Shown: positions 29,617-41,721 of the stretch, one piece after another | How positions within the stretch are numbered: the stretch's first letter is position 1 | Layout of the letters: each line of letters begins with the position of its first letter | NCBI RefSeq assembly: GCF_009914755.1 | Contig: NC_060934.1 | Length of the DNA stretch: 64,000 nucleotides | Reading direction: 5' to 3' (one strand) | Origin: the human T2T-CHM13v2.0 reference genome, Homo sapiens | Notes under the pieces: generated by a model | What the model was told of the DNA's origin: nothing | Seen by the model: only the letters and a program-made list of their open reading frames with translations | Databases searched by the model: none | Program-made: the position numbers and the translations under genes

Positions 29617-31242
29617 TTATCTGTGTGCAGACTTGTTCCATCTAGTTCACAGTAGTGGGTTGAATGTCATGAAATATTCACTGGGATTAACCAATCAATT
29701 CCCAATATTGATCAAATTCCTACATGGTCTAAACACTGGGGACATCCAAAGAATTGCAAATGCTGATTACTTTCCTCCAGGTTCTTATATACTAGTTGGG
29801 AATATGGAGCACACACAAAAAGGTAACAATACCAGGGGGTGGATCAAGCGCAAATGTCCTGGCACAATTAGTAAATATCAGAGGAAACCTGAGGAGGAGA
29901 GGGGCTTTGTGGTCAAGCTCCTTGGCTTGATCAAGATTTCTATGTCCCTACACAATCCATACCCACTTACCTCTTCCATCTCATCTCTTTCCATTCTTCT
30001 CCCTTGCAACCTCTTTTCATGCCACAACTCAGCTATACCAAACTTCATCCTGTCCCTTAAATGCTCCATAATTCTGTATTATCTCCAAGTCTTTGGATGT
30101 TCTTTCTCTTGCACAGAACATTATCCACCCATCTCTTTGACATCCAGCTATCCAATTCTACTTTCAGAAATCTGTTTAGATAACACTTTCTCCAGGGAAC
30201 CTCCCCTGGAGCCTGGGTTTGGAGTCCTTCCTATCTACTGCTTTAGCACACTTTCGTTTTCTAACCACCTGCTTTCTCACTTCCTTCTCTCACAGACTTC
30301 CATGTGAGAAGTTTGCTGAACTTGCAGCTCCCTTCTGTATGCCCAGCCCATGGCACCATGCCTTTCATAAAATGTGGGTTAAACACAAATCTATTGAATA
30401 AATTATTGATTTGGCTACTGTTTTGGAAGAATTGTTTATCTTCATTCAGAAACATCTATTAAGAGACACAATAAAGAAATTCTTCCAGAGAAAAAGGAAG
30501 GCATTTCATATCTAGCAAAGCATTGATTAAAAGACAGTCTCAGTGCTCAGGACTGACATTGGAGTCTCTATTCTTTAATTTTTCATCTCTATTAATCTCT
30601 TGGTCTGAGCCTTCCACAGCTGCACAATATCCCAGCCATTCTGGAAAGAGTACTCACTTTCCCATGGAACTAATTACGGATTAGTCAGGCCCATCTGGGG
30701 CACCATGTTTTCATGCCTCTGGTTATGTAGCGATAACCTACCCATTTCTTTTTTCCAGAGCTACTTGGAAAACTGCAATTTGTCCTCCATTGTACAATTT
30801 CTCACTCTACCATGTTCTATGAACCATGTCCTTCTAGGTCTGGATGTCTGCCTGAGGACTAGGTTGAATTTGCCACATCTTTATTTGGCCTTAATCTCTG
30901 ATTATTGAATCAAGCTCAGACACTGTCACCTCTGCACTATTCTGACTCATATTATAGCTAATTTTCTCACAAATTCCCCCCACCTGGCTTCCAGAGTTCT
31001 GTGTCTTTCTGTAGTAATTTCTAACCTTTTTTTGGGGAAAAAAAAATCATAACTAAAAAATATAACTTGTATTCTGCTTCCTCTGTGTCCCCCAAATCAT
31101 AGAGGACAAACCAGACACATAGAGGTCTCTCAAACCGTGTGTGTGTGTGTGTGTTTAAGCACGAGGGTAGGGAATGCAGAAAGATATGTCCTAGTTGGTT
31201 TGGGCTGCTATAACAAATTACAATAGATTAGGTGGTTTAAAC

Positions 31243-31562
31243 CAGCAGAACCCAGCCTTTTTGGCACCAGGGACTGGTTCCATGGAAGACAATTTTTCCA
31301 CAGATGGAGGTGGGCATAGGGAGATGGTTTGGGATGAAACTGTTTCACCTCAGATCACCAGGCATTAGATTCTTATAAGGAGCATGCAACCTACATTCCA
31401 CAATAGGGTTCTATGAAAATCTAATGCCACCACTGATCTAACAGGAGGTGGAACTCAGGCAATAATGCTGGCTTGCCTGCTGCTCACCTCCTACTGCGTG
31501 GCCCAGTTCCTAACAGGCCATGGACTGGTACTGTCTGTGGCCCGGAGAATGGGGTACCCCTG
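31243..31562 (-). mobile_element. MER1B-like hAT-Charlie DNA element
   Basis: CCTTTTTGGCACCAGGGACTGG...GGAAGACAATTTTTCCAC...TTCCTAACAGGCCATGGACTGGTAC...GGGGTACCCCTG; 8-bp hAT-type TSD GTTTAAAC (31235-31242) / GTTTCAAC (31563-31570). Confidence 0.88.
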
Positions 31563-31707
31563 GTTTCAACAGCAAACATTTGTGTTTTACAGTTCTAGAG
31601 ACTGGGAAATCCAGCCCTAAGATGCCAGCATGTCCGATGTCTGGTGAAAGCTCACTTCCTTATTTGCAGATGGCTATCTTCTTGTTGTATCATTACATAG
31701 CAGAATG

Positions 31708-31709
<2 letters not shown>

Positions 31710-31758
<49 letters not shown>

Positions 31759-31780
31759 AGAGAGAGAGAGAGAGAGAGAG
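31710..31780. repeat. (TG)n(AG)n compound microsatellite
   Basis: Seen directly. Confidence 0.97.
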
Positions 31781-33907
31781 ATCCTGTGTCTCCTCTTTTT
31801 ATAAGGGTGTGAATTCCATTCACGTGGGCCTGAACCTCATGGCATAATCTAACCCTCATTACCTCCCAAAGGCCCCACCCCCAAATATCATCACATTGGG
31901 GGTTAGGGTTTCAACAAAGGAATTTGAGGGATACAAACATTGAGTCCATAATAGATGACAATCATAAATAAAGTTTTAAGCCACCGTACTATCCAGTTCA
32001 ATGTTATTTGAGTACAAATAATTCATAATACTGGGGTAACTTTGCCAGCTGTTAAGAATTCTACTCTTCTGGAAATGTTTCAAGAGACAAAAGATGTTCT
32101 CTTTTTTTCCAGTTTTTGCAGCCAGGCTTCAATTTTGTCTGGCAGGTACATTTTTGATAAGGGACTGTTCAGTGTTTAGAGCCAGCGATTCCTCCCCACA
32201 TGCCAATTACTGTCAACTCTTGTGTGGACATATGTGAGAGCCATGGTTGATGCTGACACACACAGGCACCTCACAGAGGCTTCCAGTCCTGCACATGGCA
32301 AATGATTACTAGGCTGAGATTGACTCCAGAGACAAAGATGATTCTGTTTTCTCTAAAGGCTTTTCACATGGTGTTAAGGGAACTATAGATTGTTAATGGA
32401 AAAAGTATATTCATTAATATTTAATTTTCTTGAGCTGTAGCTCCTTATGAAGAGCTCCCTTATGTCAAGCATGCTGGGTTGTTTGGAGATAGCCAAGTAT
32501 GCTTAGACTGATGACCTTTGTACATTAAGTGTTCCTGGTGCTGTGACATTATTACAAATCCATGATACTCAACTCAACTGCATTTTCTTTACCTGAGGTC
32601 TCTCAATTATCCATGGCCCTTATTTTTGAGGCTTCAACTCTGCTGCTTCAATCATGACATCTGAAAAAGAATGCATACCCTGGTTTTCTAGTTCCTTAAA
32701 ATATATTTAATATGTATCCATTATGAGTTAGGCATTGTTATAGTTGGAAGGGACCCAGATGTATAAGACACAGTCCCAAAATAGAGGTAAAATAATTTGA
32801 ATATCTACAACTTTAATCTTGCTGAAAATACATCCTTTCAGACTTCTTTTACAACTAAGAGAAAGATATAATCGTTTTCCTCCTTTTTTTGCATTTTTTT
32901 TTCATTAAGCTTATAAATAAGAACCTATTCTGTCCAGGTACTGTTCTAGTTTCTTGGGATGCAAGAGGGAAAAAAGGAAAATTCTCTGCTTCTTTAGAAA
33001 TTAAACTCTAAATATAAAAAGATAAGCCTTTAAAAACAAATATATACATAAGATAATTTTATATAATGATGAGTATTATGAAGATAATAATGTGTATATA
33101 TACATACGGGTAGGGGGGAACCAGGCGCAAGTAAAGGGATTGGCCTTTGATGAGGATAAGGGTATTTATTTCATTGCAACTAGAGGAGAGGCAGAGATTT
33201 GGAAGTAGATGCAAGTAAATGACAGAATAGTGATAGAAACTTGAGAAGTTTTTGTCTGTTCCTATTTCATAAGTGAAGTTTGGGGCCATGTCATCATCTG
33301 AGATTAAGGAAGGTAAAAGGGTAAAGTAAGTTTAAAGAGATAATTATGAAATTATCATTTCAAAAAGTGGAAGTGTAAACGCACTATGGAAGAGAGGTTG
33401 GACAATGTTAAGAGCCCATTTTAAAATTTGACATCATAAGTCAAAAGTGGGACCAATAGGATTTTACTAATATTTGGTGGTATGGTAAGTGAATATAATA
33501 GAAAAAGTGGAGGTTCAGGAAGTTATGGTTGTTTGCAAGAGTGGTTATAATAATGACTATAGAATTTAAGTTGGGTGAGAAGGAAAATGAGAGAGGGAAG
33601 GGAATAATAGAGTCAAGAGAGTGAACAGTGGACAAATAGGTGTGGTTGAAATATTGTTGGATTAGGCATCTCAGAGAAAGCAAACTCCTTTAAGGCAAAG
33701 TCCTCCAATCATGCCCTTGATTTGATCTCATAGCCATCTCATCTGGAATATTCCACCAATTAAAACTTTTCTCAATTGAACACTTAGTATTTCCTCTCCA
33801 AGGTCTACTTCATCTACACTCGCCAACATTACCTAATGGCACAATAAGAAATTCATCTTTGATCTTGTTCTCCCAAACTCCCAACAAGTCTCTCCCTTCA
33901 TTCTACA

Positions 33908-34127
33908 CCAGTTTCTTACCCTCAGCACTATTGACATTAGGGCCAAATAAGTCTTTATTGTGGGGGGCTGTCTTGTGTGTTACAGAATGATTAACACCAT
34001 CATTGGGCTCTACTCAATAGGTGTCACTAGCAGACACTGTACCCTGCCATTGTGATAGCCAAGTACATCTCCAGATAGTGCCACATATTTCTTGGAAGCA
34101 AAATCACCTCCAGTTAAGAACTATTGT
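33908..34127. mobile_element. MER20-like DNA element
   Basis: CAGCACTATTGACATT.GGGCC..ATAA.TCTTT.TTGTGGGGGGCTGTC.TGTG...TCTCCAGA...GCAAAATCAC.TCCAGTT.AGAAC.A.TG; length about 220 bp. Confidence 0.8.
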
Positions 34128-37100
34128 TCTTCACTAATTATTTCTATGTACTCTCCACCCACTTATTCCTACATCCTACAATTTGACTTATATATCATTA
34201 GTCAGTAATAGTTCTCTGTGAAGTTTACTGCCCACCAAATGCAATGACTATTTGGCATATCTTCATCATTTTTGTTTTTTATCCAGCTTTTAAAAATCCC
34301 TTTTGATTTACACCTACATTTGTTCCCAGGATGTTCTATCTTCTGCTTTTCATCTGACTTCTGAGATTATTTTCACTCTCAAATCTTTTATCCTTCTGCA
34401 TTTCCAATGTAAGGCTCTATGGACCTGTCCCTAAATAAATCAATTTCTATTATTTCCTCACATAACTGTACAACTTCTATTATGACCTCTATGCAAATGA
34501 GAAATATAGCCTGTTTTTAGAGTTTCAGCCTCTCTCCCAAGCTAAAAGATTATATTTTTTCCTGCCTTTCTCTTACTTACTTTTATAAATTTCTCTGGAA
34601 CTTGAAAATTCAAACCCCCAAGCAGATCATTTCCTCTAACCTTACTGTATACTCCAAAATAATGTTCTATTATACATAACACTACATTCCCAATCTTTTA
34701 GTGTCAAAATGCCAGTGTAATCTTTGATCTGAGCACTATGCCACTGAGCACTACACCACTCTTTCCAAAAGCTATCTTATCCCGACCTAATTACCTCATT
34801 GACAGAGTCATTTCCCAAATTTAGTCATTCAATAGTTTTGCCTAGATCAATGCTCTGGCTACTATTATGATCTCCTAGGCTACAATCCTTCTCTCTTCTA
34901 ATCAGTTATTGAAATTCTTTTAATAGTTTTCCAGAAGCATATACGTGATCATGACAACACAACATTCCTATACTTTACCCAGAGGCTCCCGTGATTCTCT
35001 GTGACATTCATGAATATTTCTAAACTCTTTAGTCTATTGCCACGTCCTCTCCTACTTGGTTCTAAACTGTCTTTCCAAATTGACTTACCTTTGTACTAAC
35101 AAATGTAGAAAGGACTTAGCTTGAAGATGCAACTCAGTATTTTTTTCCCCTTAGCTTCACTTAGGATTTTCACTGTTCCTGGATTCATCCTCTCTCCCTC
35201 TTCCTGTCTAACAAACACATCTTGGCTCTGACAAATTCTCCTGATCTTTTCAGACCCCTTACTTTGCTATTTCTCTATGGCCTCTTCTCTTATCCCACAA
35301 TTGAAAAGAAAACATGATTTACAGAGTTCTTACAGTAAGACATAGACTATGATGTGTGTGTGGGTATGTATAGATACCTATATCTATATAGAACAGATTA
35401 TTTCTTACATAAAAAATACATTTAATCTTCATTTTATAGATAAAAAACCTAGCACAATGAGATTAAGTGACTTGTTTCACTTGACATGAAGTTGAGGTTC
35501 AAGAGCTGGGATTTTTTCCTACCTCGGTCTGTGTGGCTCTAAAATCACTTCTTCATCCACTACAAATGTGACTTCAAAAGTAATGTTACCTTACCCTGAA
35601 TGTTCACTGTTCTTTATCTAAACTTCCATTTTAGCATTTTTATTTTCAATATTGTGCAAGTTATATATGTAGACATTTCATTTTTTGTTCTGAGCTCCCA
35701 AAAGTTCTCTATATGAATCATGTGTATATCTACCAAACCACCTAATCCAGTACCTCACACATTCAACGAAGGTTTTCAGGGAGTTTGTCTGATGGAGAGA
35801 TGCAATTTTGTTATTGTGCATTTCAGTACTGATCTGAGCTCTAGATAAACATTCCAATTCAAGATTCAACCCTAGGTAAGCATTCCAATTCTAGAGTGAT
35901 TAATACTTCACATACCACAACTTGAAACTTAGACCTCCACCATATGAAGAGCCATCAATATGACTAGTGTTGGAAATAGATACTGTTTTTGCCCTTAACG
36001 CCTAACTTTTCTGCAATAGAAATATATTTCTTGGAGGGAAAGTCATTATGACCTATTAAAATAAAATCATATTTTGTTGGAAAAATATATACACTTGTAA
36101 TCAAAGTAATATCATAGTCAGGAATTAGTCATCTTAGAGGAAGATTCTGGGTAATATTATTGCATGAGTGTTGAAGAGTCGAATACATGTTCAAAACCTT
36201 TTCCTAATATTTACTAGTTATGTTGCCTTGGCCATGTTTTCTAACATTCTGGGCCTCAGTTTCCTTTTCTGTAAGATGAGAGATTTACTAACATCACTTC
36301 ATAGGGTTGTGGGGAATTTAATTGAAAAAACAAAACAAAACAAAATATTTATCAGAGTGCCCAATAAATGAAAACTCAATAAGTGATATATAGAAATAAT
36401 GTACAAAAAAAACTGTATATAACAGGGGTTTGTGGGAAGCAGGAGATAGGGAGGTGAAGTAAAACAAGAGGTAAAAAAAAACCCATCAAGCACAAATTGT
36501 AGGTTTTAAATTTCCCCAACCTTTGGCTATGTCTGATTCTCCTGACTGTGTAAGTATATGGTATACACTAATTTGTGAAAAAACACACTGCTTGTGACTT
36601 GTGGCAGTATGATGCAGTTCCTCAGCCTCCACTCCACGCCAGGGTGAACATTTATCAGCAAACAAAACACAGCCTAATGACATCAGAAAATGACCCTTCC
36701 TTGAATCTGTGGGGTGGGTTATCTCTCACACATCTCTGTATTTTCTTTTCTGCCTATTAGTACCCATTGCTGTTGTAAACAAGAAGTTATGGTAGCAATC
36801 TGGATTGGCCTTTGAAGGCTCTCAACATTGGTAACAATTCTGCATGACCATTTGACCTGCCACCAAATGGAACGCTGCTTTCAGCCTTTCGGAGGGGTCG
36901 TGTGTGTGCTTCTTGTGGCAGATGGTAAAAACTCTCCACGTATTAAGAGGAAGAGCCACCTACTTCTTAAATTGAGCCCTTATGAGGGTATCAAGTACAT
37001 CTGATCACAGGCAACCTGAGGGTGAGGGTGGGCAGCTGGATTACGAATTAATCGTGGACATGTAGATTATGGATGGAGGAGGCGGGTCAAGGTGAGTCAC

Positions 37101-37933
37101 AACTCCTTTGAATAGCCAGCGGCCACAGAGAGTGGTGGCCAATGCCAGAGCCTCCGACTGACCTAAGGACATGTATTACAGATCACCTGAGCCCTGTTTC
37201 CTTATCTGTATAATGATAATGTGAATCTCACAATGTGGTTACAGCATTAAAAAATAGGTATATGAATGTTCCATGTAAGTAATTTTTAATAACCTGACGT
37301 TAACTGATTGCTATCATGATTTTCAAAGACTTACCTATCATTCTATGAAAACCAATGCTGTGATAGATTAACTTTTTGTAATCTGAATTTTTTTTCTTTC
37401 CTGTATCAGAAAAGTTTGATGTCTTCATTAGCAGGTGGAATTAATAGCCTCCAAGCGTCTTGTAAGTTGGAGAGGAGAGTCCTAGCCCTCTACTTCAGTG
37501 GGTGATTTCTCCTTTGGGAAATATTTTCTTGTATTAGGAGACATTATATAAATTACATAAATCAGACACCAGAAAGTAAGTTTCAATGTTTTTGGTAATT
37601 TCTAGAAAAGCATAGGAATGAAATAAAATAAAGCCTCCTCAAATTCTCATTTGTTTCTTCCAGGCTGGAAATATGTTTTCTAAAGTGAAGCTTGTTTTTC
37701 TTCCATTATTTTTGAGGACTTGTCTATTAGATCAAATATCAATCAGCCAAAGGTAGCATATGACCATGATAAAAAAAGAAGGTTCTTAATCATTCATTTA
37801 GCAAATATTTATTTTGTGCTTATTATATGCTGCGTACTAGGATCCTCACAGTTTGAAGGGAAGGGTGGATGTAGCAGGGAGACAAACAAGTCCACAAGGA
37901 ATAGTAAAGATGAAGTCTAAAATAGGAAAAGTT

Positions 37934-38256
<323 letters not shown>

Positions 38257-38789
38257 TAAAATAGAAAAAATTCAAAGATCTAAAAGAGGGCATCTAATTC
38301 AGACTTGCAGTTCAGAAAACTTCTCAAAGGAAATATGTCTATTGTGACCTGAAGGATGGGATTCAAATGAACACTGGAGAGGAAAAGTTTTCAAGATGGA
38401 AAGAGCAATATGTGCTAAGATAATATATTTGTGCAACTTTCTTCATGCATACATTTTGAGAAGGAGCATGATCACTGAAGAATCTAGAAAGGCAAGGTAG
38501 GGCTAGATCTTGCAAAATCATGCATATCATGCTAATTTTGAACTTTACCTCATGAACAAAGGATTTCCTGGCATTGAAATGTTGTATGCAGGCATGTAAC
38601 TCTGGCTACAGTAAGAATGAGGCTTGGAAGAGCTGAGGTAGGCAAAGGCGAGGTAGAGGTAGCCAGACCAAATATATTACTATTTAGCAAGTGCATAGTG
38701 GACACATATTATATCAACAGTTTTGTGCAGAGTCTTGTAGGAGAAAAAATATGTGACAGTCCCTGCCCATAGAAGAAGACTGGGATTTC

Positions 38790-39337
38790 TTGGAACTGGC
38801 AAGCCAAAAATTGCGCTTGACAATGTTAAATGGTTATGAAAAGACTTTATTCAAGAGTAATGCGATAGCAGGGAGAAACCAGAACTCAGTCTGAACTTGA
38901 TCCAGCTGAAACAAGAAGTCGGAGAGGTTTCCAGAGCTGGTGGGGCCCAATCTTATTCCACTTGTATTGGCTAATTGGCCATACCTAAAAGAAAATAAAC
39001 TTTCTCCTATCTTCATGGCATCATATATTTTTACAACTGGGAGCAAGACACCCAAGGCCATTAGGCTCTTATGCGCCCTCAAAGACTTGGAGAAAGAGGC
39101 ATTATTTACTTTGTTGATTCCATTTCAAAGGGTGGCTCCTGGTCCTAGAGAAAGACATTCCTGGGTTGTAAAACTGACCAGAGGCTGGAATAAGATTTAT
39201 ATCTCAAAGGGACAGATAGAGAATTTGCAATTACAAGTTTTCTAACTTAAGGAAAGGGAGGCCAGGGGCCTTGAGACAGGGAGAGAAGGGTGTAAAGTCG
39301 GATCAAGCTGAGGGAAACCTTAAAGTGGACTTGGTCA
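38790..39337 (-). mobile_element. ERV1-class solo LTR (MER31-like)
   Basis: CATTTCAAAGGG.TGGCTCC...GAGAAAGACATTCCTGGGTTGTAAAACTG...ATCTCAAAGGG.CAGA.AGAGAATTT.CAATTACAAGTTTTCTAA ... TTGGTCA matches antisense MER31 as remembered. Confidence 0.65.
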
Positions 39338-39396
39338 AGGCAGTCAGAAGCAACTTGCCATAAGCACAGTATTTTTTCCAAAATATAATTTTACTT

Positions 39397-39490
39397 CAGC
39401 ATGGCACATGTATACGTATGTAACTAACCTGCACAATGTGCACATGTACCCTAAAACTTAAAGTATAATAATAAAAAATAGAAAAAAAAA
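39397..39490 (+). mobile_element. Very short young-L1 (L1PA/L1HS-type) 3' stub with poly(A)
   Basis: CAGCATGGCACATGTATAC.TATGTAACTAACCTGCACAATGTGCACATGTACCCTAAAACTTAAAGTATAATAATAAA, nearly identical to the end of the full L1 at about 53663-53745. Confidence 0.92.
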
Positions 39491-39507
39491 TCACATTATG
39501 TATGTAT

Positions 39508-39875
39508 TGTCAGGCCTCTGAGGCCAAGCCTGCATGTATACATGCAGATGGCCTGAAGCAAGTGAAGAATCACAAAAGAAGTGAAAATTGCTGTTTCTTA
39601 TCTTAACTGATGACATTACCTTGTGGAATTCCTTCTCCTGGCTCAGAAGCACCCCCACTGAGCACCTTGTGAACCCTGCCCCTGCCTGCAAGAGAAAAAC
39701 CCCCTTTGACTATAATTTTCCATTACCTACCCAAATCCTATAAAACGGCCCCACCCCTATCTCCCTTTGCTGACTCTCTTTTTGGACTCTGCCCGCCTGC
39801 ACCCAGGTGAAATAAATGGCTTTATTGCTCACACAAAGCTTGTTTGGTGGTCTCTTCAAATGGACGTGCGTGACA
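39508..39875 (+). promoter_or_regulatory. 5' LTR (LTR7 family, short 368-bp form)
   Basis: TG...CA termini; TATAAAA 39739-39745 followed by a CCCCACCCC box; AATAAA 39811-39816. Activity not shown. Confidence 0.92.
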
Positions 39876-39877
39876 TT

Positions 39878-39895
39878 TGGTGCCATGACTCAGAT
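39878..39895 (+). other. Primer binding site, tRNA-His
   Basis: TGGTGCCATGACTCAGAT versus canonical TGGTGCCGTGACTCGGAT; both differences are CpG-type G>A changes. Confidence 0.9.
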
Positions 39896-40018
39896 CAGGG
39901 AACCTCCCTTGGGAGATCAATCCCCTGTCCTCCTGCTCTTTGCTCCGTGAGAAAGATCCACCTACGACCTCAGGTCCTCAGACCAACCAGCCCAAGGAAC
40001 ATCTCACTAATTTTAAAT

Positions 40019-40027
40019 CAGGTAAGC
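40019..40027 (+). promoter_or_regulatory. HERV-H leader major splice donor CAG|GTAAGC
   Basis: Near-consensus 5' splice site about 145 nt downstream of the 5' LTR, where HERV-H has its known donor. Confidence 0.75.
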
Positions 40028-40559
40028 GGCCTCTTTTTACTCTCTTCTCCAACCTCTCTCACTATCCTTCAACCTCTTTCTCCTTTCAATATTGGCGCCA
40101 CCCTTCAATCTCTCCCTTCTGTTAATTTCAGTTCCTTTCCTTTTCTGGTAGAGACAGAGGAGATGCGTTTTATCCGTGAACCCCAAACTCCGGCATCAGT
40201 CACGGACTCAGGAAGACAGTCTTCCCTTGGTGTTTAATCACTGCAGGGACACCTGCTTGATTATTCACCCATGTTTCAGAGGTGTCTGATCACTGCGGGG
40301 ACGCCTGCCTTGATCCTTCACCCTTAGTGGCAAGTACCACTTTCCTGGGGGGCAAGCACCACCTCCCCTGGGGGGCAAGTACCCCCCCCACTCCTTCTCT
40401 CTGTGTCTCTACCCTCTCTTTTCTTTGGGCTTGCCTCCTTCACTATGGGCAACCTTCCACCCTCCATTCCTCCCTCTTCTCCCTTAGCCTGTGCTCTCAA
40501 AAATTTTAAACCTCTTCAACTCACACCTGACCTAAAACCTAAATGCCTTATTTTCTTCT

Positions 40560-41721
40560 GCAATGCCACTTGACCCCAGTACAAACTCAACGATGGTTCC
40601 AAATAGCCAGAAAATGGCACTTTTGATTTTTCCATCCTATCAGATCTAGATAATTCTTGTCATAAAATGGGCAAACGGTCTGAGGTGTCTGACATCCAGG
40701 CATTCTTTTACACATCAGTCCCTCCCTAGTCTCTGTTCCCAATGCAACTCGTCTCAAATCTTCCTTCTTTCCCTCCTGCCTGTCCCCTCAGTCCCAACCC
40801 CAAGCGTCACTGAGTCTTTTCAATCTTCCTTTTCTACCGACCCATCTGACCTCTCCACTCCTCCCCAGACTGCTCCTCCTCAAGTCACTCCCCACCAGGC
40901 TGAATCAGGCTCCAATTCTTCCTCAGCCTCTGCTCCCCAACCCTATAATCCTTCAATCACCTCCCCTCATCACACCCAGTCCAGCTTACAGTTTTGTTCC
41001 ATGACTAGCCCTCCCCCACCTGCCCAACAATTTCCTCTTAAAGAGGTGGCTGGAGCTAAAGACATAGTCAAGTTTAATGCTCCTTTTTCTTTATTCGACC
41101 TCTCCCAAATCAGTTAGCATTTGGGCATTCTTTTTTTTTTTTTTTTTTTTTTTATCAAATATGAAAACACAGCCCAGTTCATGGCTCATTTGGCAGCAAC
41201 CCTGAGATGCGTTATAGCCCTAGACCCTGAAGGGTCAGAAGGCCGTCTCACTCTAAATATGCATTTTATTACCCAATCCACTCCCGACTTTAAATAAAGC
41301 TCCAAAAATTAGATTCCAGCCCTCAAACCCCACAACAGGACTTAAATAACCTCGCCTTCAAGGTGTACAATAATAGAGAAGAGTTACAATTACTTGCCTC
41401 TGCTGTGAGACAAAACCCAGCTGCACCTCCAGCACACAAACACTTCAAAATGCCTAAGCCACAGCAGTCAAGCATTCCTTCAGGACTTCCTCCATCAGGA
41501 TCTTGCTTCAAGTGCCAGAAATCTGGCTTCAAGTGCCAGAAATCTGGGCCAAGGAATGCCCTCAGCCTGAGATTCCTCCTAAGCTGTGTCCCATCTGTGC
41601 AGGACCCCACTGGATATCAGACTGTCCAACTTGCCCAGCAGCCACTCCCAGAGACCCTGGAACTCTGGCTCAAGGTTCTCTGACTGACTCCTTCCCAGAT
41701 CTTCTTGGCTTAGCGGGCTGA
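40560..41721 (+). pseudogene. gag: HERV-H gag remnant with two nucleocapsid zinc knuckles (the first is broken)
   Basis: ORF fragments YNNREE, CFKCQKSG.., WAKEC and CPICAGPHWISDC (CX2CX3HX4C); stops and frameshifts; start approximate. Confidence 0.75.

Larger units (their letters stand above)
31187..31952 (-). mobile_element. MaLR LTR (MLT1A-like) interrupted by MER1B and a (TG)n(AG)n microsatellite
   Basis: GGGCTGCTATAACAAA...GGTTTAAAC [MER1B] AGCAAACATT...ACAGTTCT; CCTCCCAAAGGCCCCACC..AAATATCATCACATTGGGGGTTAGGGTTTCAACA. Confidence 0.85.

Noticed and set aside
29633-30307. 224-aa ORF
   Set aside because: Non-ATG start, no recognisable domain, and it overlaps L2-like decayed sequence.
34731-34760. 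15-bp tandem duplication (similar ones near 4514-4543 and 57176-57209)
   Set aside because: Ordinary small slippage duplications with no further structure.
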